Part shown: positions 53,740 to 64,000 of the stretch, piece after piece | Position numbering within the stretch: position 1 is the stretch's first letter | How the letters are laid out: every line of letters begins with the position of its first letter | Source: the human T2T-CHM13v2.0 reference genome, Homo sapiens | Length of the DNA stretch: 64,000 nucleotides | Assembly (NCBI RefSeq): GCF_009914755.1 | Contig: NC_060926.1 | Reading direction: 5' to 3' (one strand) | Translations under genes and position numbers: made by a program | Notes under the pieces: model-generated | Seen by the model: only the letters and a program-made list of their open reading frames with translations | Told to the model about the DNA's origin: nothing | The model's database searches: none

Positions 53740-54490
53740 TTTTCATTCAATTCACAAATAATTATTAAGCTTATGGAACGTGGAAAACAAAATGCTTTGT
53801 TTTGCTGGGGGGAGAGAATGAAATATCTTCCTTGCCCTAAGAGAATATGTCTTCTGGGAGGGGCACTGTGACAAGCAAAGACATAGATACCAGGAAGTGC
53901 ATGGTTACAGCAATGTGGTGGCTTGATCTGAGGTTATGGGAGGGAAGCCTGACAAGGGAACAAGGACACGTAATGTCTGGCTGGAGTAAGGAGCAGAGAA
54001 TTCATGAAAGAAGCAGTAGCATTTGCCTAGGAGTTGAAGATTGGTTGAGATTTCGATGAGTTGAGGTGGGAGAAAGGCATTCAAATGCAGGGAACAGCAT
54101 GCAATCCGGAGGGAACAACAAATTAGTTTTTGTTTCAGAGGATGGAGGGAGATAGAGCAGGAATGAAAGAGGAGAGAGATAAAGGCAGGCTAAGACTTGC
54201 CTGTGGATGAGGGGAGCCCCAGAGTGACAGACCTAGGGGGCATTTGTAAAAGGTGAATCAGGGGCTGTGCCCAGGAAGGATTTGGGGTTGGGCAGAAGGC
54301 CTGGATTCTGAGATCCCAGTGGGAGGCTATGGTGGTCATAAGGAATGAGGGCTGCTACAGGCCAGTGTTATGGGGATGGAGAGAAAGAATGATTTGGTAA
54401 GATTTGATGGCCAAAGCACATGGAGCTCAAAGCAGAGAGGCAGGTCAGAGGTGACTGGGCTTTCAAACCTGGGTAACCAGAGAATAAAAG
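53740..54490 (-). mobile_element. L2 LINE fragment
   Basis: TTCATTCAATTCACAAATAATTATT (antisense L2 3' end) followed by a purine-rich L2-like body. Confidence 0.6.
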
Positions 54491-54529
54491 ACAGCCTCGT
54501 TATATGCAAGAAATTAAAATAGCATTTAA

Positions 54530-54977
<448 letters not shown>

Positions 54978-55749
54978 TCATGGTTGAGCTTCAGCCAGAC
55001 TTAGAAAGCCAGCATCCCAGAGCTCAGTGACTTTGTAGGGTGGACGGAAAACCAGCTTGTAGAAGCTAAATTTTCCCCAAGACACATTACTCCTCCTTAG
55101 CATTCGTTACCATTTTTATACCATTATTGAGAAAGAAAATTAGAGAAAGATACCCCAGAGGCATTTTCTCCGCAACTGCCAGGAAGTGAGGAAATGTTCC
55201 AACGATGAAACTGATCTGGCATTTGTTTACTTTTCAGTTGCATCCAGTGTCTGCTTAAGAATGTTCTGATGGGCAGATACCTAGATTATCACACAGCAAA
55301 TGCAAGCCAGAAAGGTGATAAATAGTGAAAAGGGCACCAGACTGGGCATGTGGGTTGGGAGTTCCCTTCCTGGTCCTGCCTACTAGCTTGTGTGGCCTCA
55401 TCCATGCAGCGGCACTCTCTGCCCTAGTTCCCTTCCTGAAAAACGAGGTGAATTGGGTGATTTTAAAGGTTCTTTCCAGCTCTGTGTGAGTGGATCAGTG
55501 ATGTGCCTCTTGCTTTGGGTTTTCCCCAACTCTTTTTTCTCACATTCTGCATTCTGCTTTGCATGTGCAAACAGAAGGGATATTTATGTCAGATGATTTA
55601 GACCTTACTCTGGTTTTTAATAACTTTATTGACATTGAACTTTATTAATATTTTTAAAGCATCATTCTGTCTATTCTCCCTTGATCCACAAAACTGCCAT
55701 GTAAAGTAAGTAAGCCAGGAGTTTTATTCCCAAATGTGCAGCTAATGAT

Positions 55750-55960
55750 AACAATGATGATTTCTATTTACAGAGTGCCTGCCACATGTCAACATATGCC
55801 TTATATTGAATGTCTCACTTAATCACCACAATCTTCTAGGTACTGTTACTCCCACTTTACAGATAAGGAAGCTGAGACTTGTAGGGGCTGGGCCTCACCG
55901 AATGCCTCCAGCTTCCTGATGGCTGAGTCAGGATTTCAATCCTGGTCTATCAACTCCAAC
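55750..55960 (-). mobile_element. MIR SINE fragment
   Basis: CTCACTTAATCACCACAAT...CCCACTTTACAGATAAGGAAGCTGAGACT...GAGTCAGGATTTCAATCCTGG. Confidence 0.7.
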
Positions 55961-56582
55961 TCTGTGCTCTCTAAGACCTTTGGAGGTTATGTAAGGGTTG
56001 TCAACTGTCTTCCTCTACTACCCAATATTTTTTGTGGACATTTACCTCTGTACCATCAGAGAAAACCGTTGGCCAATGTGACCCTCCATTTGCTTTGTGG
56101 GCTTCCATGGCCTCCCCATGTGAAATATAAGGCCCAGATTTAAATCAGGCAAGCTGTTGACAAATGTCTATCAAGCACCCAGTATGTGTCTTACAGTCTA
56201 CCACAGGCTTTGGAACCCTGAAGAAGTATTAGAAATGTCTCCTTCCATCCAGATTTTACAATCTGAGATGAAGAAACTAACTGAGCGAGTACAACATCAG
56301 TGAACGAGCAGTGTCCTGTGTTATCATGGAGACCACCAAACTTTATGGAAAGCTCATTCTGCTCCCACTGCAGCCTGGACTGTTTGGCTTAATTCTCATG
56401 AAAAGCTTATTTGATGGCTGCTACACAGTGAGAGCTTGTTGACAAAATCTACAACCAACATGCTGGTCCAAAGCAAAGACAGTTGGGGAACTTGTTCTTT
56501 GTGCAGTGGCGTCTTTGTCCTGGCCTTTGATTTGTTTCCTGGTATTTTAGCCCTGGAATTAATAGGTAAGCCAAACAGACCC

Positions 56583-57080
56583 AGTTCTGGCCATTATTGC
56601 ATACTAATAATGGCTCAAAACAGTGGCTTGAAGCAACACACATTTATTCTGCTTTTGAATCCGAGGGTCAACTGGGCTCCGTGAGGCAGTTCTTGCTTAG
56701 GGTTCCTCAGACACTTGTAGTCAGGTGGTTCTGGGGCTGAGGTCATCTGGGAAGCTTCTTCACTCATGTGTCTGGAGCCTGGGCTGGGAAGACTCAGACA
56801 GCTGGGACCCCTTGGGCATGTCTCTCTAGGTGGCCTCCTCATGTGGTCTCTCTGTAAAACCATGAGAAGGCCCAGGAAGGCTCTCAGTGGCCTCCTTTGG
56901 GTCCTGTGCCCATTCTTGAACTCATCACTGTGGCCAGAGGGAGTTGTGCTTTGATTCTTATCTTGTTCTTACCTTGGGTCAACTCCACCCAAACTACTTA
57001 GACTGAATGTGGAAAAATGATGACTCCCAAGGGAAAATTGAAGTGAGGATGGATGATGGAAAATTAAGGCTAGCTGAGGT
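56583..57080 (-). mobile_element. MaLR LTR fragments (MLT1 family)
   Basis: CAGTGGCTTGAAGCAACAC...GGGGCTGAGGTCATCTG...CACTCATGTGTCTGG...GGGCTGGGAAGACTC. Confidence 0.7.
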
Positions 57081-57450
57081 CCACTGGAGTTACTTGTTTC
57101 TTGCTGGTACTCATAGATGTTTGTTGATCATGGTATTGGATGGGGATAGGTCTCATACCCCTTTCCCTGAGATGCTGAGACCAGTGGCTTCTCTGCCTGG
57201 ACTGGAAGCTACACATAGCTACACATAGCCTAGGGGTTGGAGCAGTGGGCAGCTTGGGGTTTTTATGAACCTACACTTCGGCTGAAGTTGCATTTTCCTA
57301 CATATGTACCTTTGCTTATGCCATCTTCGCCACTCAGCATGGCCTTTCTACCCATGTCCACCATTTTAAATTAAATTGTCCAATTTGTAAGGCCGGATGT
57401 AAGAGCACACTAGCCAAAGATGAACTTTTTGTCCTCCGATCTCTGTGGCC

Positions 57451-57610
57451 TTGCTGTTCGAAGTGGAGCCCAAGCGCCAGCAGCATCAGCATCCCTTGGA
57501 AACTTGTCAGCAGTGTGGTCTTACTATGTACCTCAGAGCTACTGAATTAGAACCTGCATTTTAGCATGATTCCAGGTGTCATGTGGGCACAGCAAAGTCT
57601 GGGCAGCGCA
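57451..57610. mobile_element. MER5A1-like MITE
   Basis: CCAGCAGCATCAGCATC...ACTGAATTAGAACCTGCATTTTAGCATGATTCCAGGTG. Confidence 0.7.
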
Positions 57611-57735
57611 ATGCCAGAGCAGCAGTTCTCAGAGTGTGGTCCGGGAAAAGCTGAAGGTCTCTGAGACCCCTTCAGGGGGTTGGAAAGGTCAAACAATTTC
57701 CATACTAACATACTAATTTCTGCTGTGATAAATAT

Positions 57736-58349
<614 letters not shown>

Positions 58350-58610
58350 CTCTCTCTCTCTCTCTATATATATATTTATATTTATGTATGTCTATATATT
58401 ATGTATTTATATGTTTGCATATAAACATATAATATATATTATATATTTATATAAGTATATAGTTGATTTATATAATATATAACCTATTTTATATATAAAC
58501 ATTATATTTTATGTATTATGTTTATACATGTATATATGATATATTTATATATGTAAACATATAATTATATTGTATAATAAAGTATATTTATATATTTTTA
58601 TATGTATTAT
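58350..58610. repeat. (TC)n then AT-rich (TA)n-like low-complexity tract
   Basis: Visible composition. Confidence 0.85.
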
Positions 58611-61329
58611 AGGTAGACATAAACCACATAAGTTTTAAGAGTGTAAAGGGATTCTGAGACCAAAACATTTGAGAACTGCAGCTCTTGATCCTTCTGTCTC
58701 TGGCTAGGGAAAGTGTTGACCTTCCCTCCGCACTCTGGCTTCCGGCACTGAGCACAGCCCGCTAAGGGCATTGAAAGAGATCAACCTATACCTCCTTAGC
58801 CTTGAGGACAAGGAGAGGCTCCAGGGGTCACCCCCACCCACCCTGGGCATCAGGCTCTATGTAATCCACTTGCCAGGCTCATGGCTAGACACACAGCTGC
58901 TGAATATATATTTGCTGAAAACTGACAATTATAAAGATTTTGGGGGGTAATTAAAAAGAATTCAGATCCCCTAGCCCCTTGCCTTTGTCCTTTAATTTAT
59001 GACACTTTTCAATGTTCAATTCACACTGCTCAAAGAGGAGCTCTTGCTCCCATTTAAAGAAAAGCAACACAGGTTAAGAAAGGGCCTCTCAACATCATGG
59101 AGTAAGCCAGTGCCATTTAGGAGCTGCGTTTCAAAATCCCCAGTGCAACTCCTTGTTGCCACACTATGGGTCTAGGAAAGGCCATAGATGAGCCCAGGGT
59201 GTTCCGATGCCTCGCTGCTGAGAATGGCTGAAACATCAAGTGGTGGTGGAGCCAGCCAGCCACTCAGGGGCCAGGAATGGAGTGCAGGGAATGTGGGTGT
59301 GGCTCGGACTTGCCTGCTCCTTCTGGACTCTACTCATCTCTACCATGCTTTCCACGAGTCCCATACTGGGCTGGTCCTGTATTTGGGAATCTCAGTTCTT
59401 TCCCTCAGCAGCGTGAAGAAATCTTCACTCTTGTTATCCTGACTGTTCCTATGAGGAAATGGAGGCTTTGAGAATAACTTGCCCAAAGTCCCAGTGGATA
59501 AATGGCAGATCTTGCCTTTAAAGACCTGCTTCTCTCCTTCTGCCAGAATGCCTCTGGCCCTCTTTCCTGATGGCTTTACTCCCCTGAGGATCTAGATTTA
59601 TGATCTCCATAGTGCTTATTCATCAGTCTGATCAGAATATTGAGAAGGACTATTCTAGAACTGTCTTGGAATCAAAAGCCTATTCAGGTTGGACTGAAGC
59701 CTCCCTTCCTCCCTCCCTCTTCCTTCCTCTTCTCCTTTCTCTCCTTCTTCTCCTCCTTGTCTCTCTCCCTCTTACCCCTCCTCCTCCTCAGTAGCTCTTG
59801 GAACCCCAGGAAATGCCCTGTAAGAGGATGGACTATCCCCATTTTAGGGCTAAGAGCCTGGCGATTGTGTAGGGCAGAGAGGTTCTTGTAAAAGGCAGTG
59901 TCTCCCACCCCCCATGCCTGCCCTGACACACTCAGCAAAGAAGCAATGAGGAGATTGATTCTCCAGGGTCTCCCACCCTGTAAAGGGCAACTTCACACTC
60001 CTGGACCCAAGGCCCTTGAAATATCACATTCAAAATCCACTGGGCTGTTTCTAGGGCCCACTCCATCCAAGGTAAACTGTTCATTACCCAGCGATAGGGG
60101 CTCAGGTGGGGGGCGAGGGGGCTATGGAGAAGTGAGCTCATTGAAATCCGGATAATCCCCAAACCTCATTTTCCCTACTGCATACGACTGCCTCTGCCCT
60201 GCCCCCTTTTACCAGAGCGGCCAAGAAGCCACTGGACCGCTTTGCCTGGTGCTCCTTTTATCTTCCTGGCCCGAGGGGTCCATGGGCTAATGATCAGTGA
60301 AATCAGGAAAGGCCGAGAGGCCCAGCTAATCCACAAATTGGATCATCCGCCCCTGAATAATCAAGAGCTGCTGGCACAAAAGTTGGTTTCTCTCTTTGAT
60401 CATCAGCACGCAGAGGACACACCTACATTTGCTTCCTGTGGGAGTCCTCTGGGGAATTCGAGGCTGGTTCTGTTTGGCCAGATACAATTCAAATGCAGGA
60501 CTAAAAAATCCCAGTGTCCCAGTGTCCCTGGGTACTGTTTTAATGTGACAGCGAGGAGAGAATTGAAATTCTAAAGAGGTCGTGTAAACTCTCGAGATTT
60601 GATGAGCCAGTTCCATTCTGTGTTGTAGACACTTCTCCACCAAGGGGGGGATTTAATCATATGTAAACCTTATCATGCCATATCTAATGTTGTATATCTT
60701 AATAATAGTGATATATCGCAGTGATGCTGACAAGAATAGTTCAGGCATCCACTGCTTTAAGAAAACCTGAGGTACAGAAACCATACTTCTGGAAGAAGAA
60801 AGAAGAATGGTTTGTCATTATTTGTGTTCCAAGATGGTTTTTTCCCTCCCCTTAACTAAGGCTTTCTTTTAGATTCTTTTAGGTAGCAAGCATATCGGTG
60901 ACTTTCAAGTGATTTAACTGATAAAAACTGCATTTACATACAAGCTGTCATGTATGGGTTCATGTGGTACATGCAACTGTGTTCACAATTTTTCATGATC
61001 ATTAAGGAGCATCCACCTACACTTGATCTTGGCCAACAAGCTGAACCTGATAGATGTCCTCTTCTCGGGCTAGGAAATTCCCATGCACTGTGGTGTTATA
61101 AGAGTGGGTTCCAAAGTGAAGGGAAACTGAGAATTTCGTTGGGAAATTTTTTAAAAGAAGAAACATTTTAAAAGAAGGGAAATGTTCCCATGTTATGCCT
61201 TTGCAATGGCATGGACCCTAGACTCTCTTTGGACTCAGATAGACATGGGACTGAATTCCGACTCTGCCACTTATGGACAATGTTATTTACTGTCTCAGAG
61301 CTTCAGTTTCTACCTATGCTTCCACATCC

Positions 61330-61845
61330 TTCTCAAAATCCTCTAATACTTTTTCTTCTCACCCAGAATAACATCTGCAAGGCCTCATCACAGCCTGTAG
61401 GACCCATATGATCTGGCTGCTGATCTCTTCATTCTCTTGTTCACCAAGCTTTCACAACCCAGCCCAGCAAAGCTCACTTCTGCCCCAGGAACTTTGCACA
61501 TGCTCTTTCTGATCCAGGGAAGCTATTTCTCCAGACCTTTGCATGGCTCCCACTCTTACCTCATTCAGTTCTTTGCTCAAATGTTATCTTCTGAAATATT
61601 GTCTTCCTGGCCACACATCCTCAGGTCCCTCTCTGGGCCCTCTGCAAGCTTGATTTCACTTCACAGCACTTATTGCCTGACATATATCATATTTATTCCT
61701 TTGTCGATTAATTTCATGTTTGTATTTGTTGACAAAAATGTGAGGTCATGAGGCAGGGGCTTTGTCTTATTTGTCCTTGTGTTCCCACTACCTAGGACTT
61801 TGCCTGCACCTGGCATAGACACCTAGTGATAGTAGACTGAATCAC
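61330..61845 (+). mobile_element. L2a LINE 3' fragment
   Basis: CTGCCCCAGGAACTTTGCACATGCT...TTCTTTGCTCAAATGTTATCTTC...ATGAGGCAGGGGCTTTGTCTTATTTG. Confidence 0.75.
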
Positions 61846-62314
61846 TTTGGGAACTGGTGATCATGAGATGTCGCCAGGATTAGTAACCATGTGGGTAAAG
61901 CCTGGAAAGAGCAAGTAAATGATAAGTACTATTATTGTCACTAATATTATGAGCCCAAGGCCTAGTAAACATTGTTTGTAAATACTTGCTGAATCTGTTG
62001 GACTTGAAGGGCTCAAGGGACCTATAATGGATGGCAGGTCAATTCCTCTTAATGAACACAGCCTCAGGAACCTGTGTTTCTGAAGCACCTGTCAAGACCC
62101 CCTCCTCCTGTTCAAGGGTCTAAAACTCAAAAGCTTGCAGGGGCTAGACAGATAATATAAACAACTGAAGCTGTTTGAGTGGGAGCTGTTGAACTGGAAA
62201 GGCCATGTTCAACTCCAGGTAAAGACCTAGGGTTGCCAGAACTCTTACTTTTTCAAGACAAATTGGAAATCCAGACTTTTATATAAAATCTCCTAATTTT
62301 AAAATGTTGTTTAC

Positions 62315-62723
62315 TGACATATTTTGGATGTTTATTCCCTCCAAATCTCATGTTGAAATGTGATTTCCAATGTTGGAGGAGGAGCCTAATGAGAGGTGTT
62401 TTGGTCATGGGGGCAGATCCCTCATGAATGGCTTGGTGCCCTCCCTTCAGCAATGAGTGAATTCTTGCTCTATTAGTTCACATGAGAACCGATTGTTAAA
62501 AAAAGGCTGGTACCTTCCCTTTCTCTCTCTTGCTCCTTCTCTTCCAAGTGACACACTGGCTCCCCTTGCCTTCCACCATGATTAAATGCTTCCTCAGGCC
62601 TCACCAGAAGTGGACGCTGGTGCTATGCTTCATGTACAGCCTGCAAAGCCATGAGCCCTCTTTTATTTGTAAATTACCTAGTCTCAGGTGTTCCTTTATA
62701 GCAACATAAAATGGACTAATACA
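62315..62723 (+). mobile_element. MaLR LTR (MSTB-like), full length
   Basis: TG...CA termini; CCAAATCTCATGTTGAAATGTGAT...GTCATGGGGGCAGATCCCTCATGAATGGCTTGG...ATGGACTAATACA. Confidence 0.9.
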
Positions 62724-62730
62724 GTTATTA

Positions 62731-63281
62731 TGTTGGGGGTTGACAAGACCACCTCCATGTTTGGAGATCCACTAGAAGGACTCACAGAACTCAGCATTTG
62801 TTTGTCACCACTTCTAAGTTTTAGTACAATGTGGTAGGGGTACACAGGCAGATCACAGGGGGAAAGACATAAGCAGAGCCTGGGGGAATCCATGCACAGC
62901 CTTCCTTATGTTCACTCCCTCCTAGAGGGCTCACACACTGCCCACTTTTCCCCAAGCAGCAAAAATGCAGCAACATGTGTGTGATGTTTCAGCCCAACGA
63001 AGCCCATTAGATTCCTTGCCCAAGCTTTTTTATTGGGGGCTGGTCACTCTGCCAGCATGTACTGAAATTCCAGACTCCCAGGAGGAAAGCAGATGTCCAG
63101 CATAAACCCCATTGTGATAAGAATGTCACAGTGAGCCACTCTTACCAGTTACAGAATGTTTCACTTCCATGTGAGGAACTGTTTACCAGCCAGGTTTCAA
63201 GATGCCAGTCAAGGGCCACCCTTGCAAGTAGACCTTTCTAAGGAGAGCAGTTTCAGGCTTTCTATGTCAACTCTTTACACA
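62731..63281 (-). mobile_element. ERV LTR (MER77/MER68/MER21 group)
   Basis: Minus strand begins AAAGAGTTGACATAGAAAGCCTGAAACTGCTCTCCTTAGAAAGGTCTACTTGCAAGGGTGGCCCTTG. Confidence 0.75.
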
Positions 63282-63299
63282 GTTACTAAATAAAAAATT

Positions 63300-63520
63300 G
63301 TAAGCTTTTTATTAAGAAATATTTCCAACACATACACACAAAAAGAAAGCGCTATCATGAACCTCCATGTACCCATCACTTAGCCGTGTCAACGAACATG
63401 CACCTGCATTGACTCATCTGTGTCCCCATCTGCTTCCCTTGAATTATTTTGAAGCAAATTCCAGAAATTGTGTTCCATCTGTAATAGTTCGGCAGGTATC
63501 TCTAAATGATGAGGACTCTT
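63300..63520 (-). mobile_element. Old L1 3' fragment (L1MC5/L1ME-like)
   Basis: TTTTATTAAGAAATATTTCCAACACATAC...ATGAACCTCCATGTACCCATCAC...ATTATTTTGAAGCAAATTCCAGA. Confidence 0.6.
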
Positions 63521-64000
63521 TACAAACGATTTGGAGTGCATGCTGTCAGAATGTAACCTCTGCCCTAGCCCCATGTCAGGAATCATTTCCAAATGACAAT
63601 TCTCATTCCCTGGCTACTCTGTCAGACTTTTCTCCTGCCATCAATTCCTTAAAGACTTGAGCCTGAGGGGAAAGTGAGAGAGCACATTTTCTGGAGCAGC
63701 CCTGTGCTCCAGGTGATCAGGGATGGACAGCCTGGCACTAGGTGCCTGCAAGATGTTTGCTTTACCAGGATGATACTAGTGGCTGTTGGAGTGACTGATA
63801 TGGGTTTCTTTGGCTTGATCATAAGCTGCTGGAGGGCAATTATTGTACCTGCTTTTATTTAGCTGTCTTCAGTGGGGCCCAAAAGAGGCTCCATGTTTAC
63901 AGAACCCAGAAAACAAGTGACATCTGGGCCTCAGCAGAGGGACAGAGAACCGGAGGTGAGAGCAGCCACTTCCTGTGAACTAAGCTTTTCTTTCTGAATA

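Overview
Primate (human-like) non-coding genomic DNA. It contains about 14 Alu SINEs (J, S and Y-like), L1 fossils including a near-full-length L1MD-like copy, MaLR/ERVL LTRs, hAT/TcMar MITEs, MIR/L2/CR1 fragments and microsatellites. I find no credible protein-coding gene, tRNA, rRNA or CRISPR array; the ORF track is explained by Alu, L1, microsatellite or GC-rich frames. Two orphan CpG islands (about 13.2-14.2 kb and 50.8-52.4 kb) and several repeat-free blocks rich in homeodomain/TCF/SOX motifs resemble the regulatory desert of a developmental gene, but I could not establish the locus. The most unusual feature is a 123-bp non-transposon inverted duplication (8629-8751 vs 12118-12240, 119/123 identical). 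One copy is inserted into a duplicated palindromic AT target. The pair brackets a candidate exon of a putative minus-strand lncRNA and covers another candidate exon's splice donor. Repeat subfamily names come from recalled consensus features, not a RepeatMasker run, and boundaries of old repeats are approximate.
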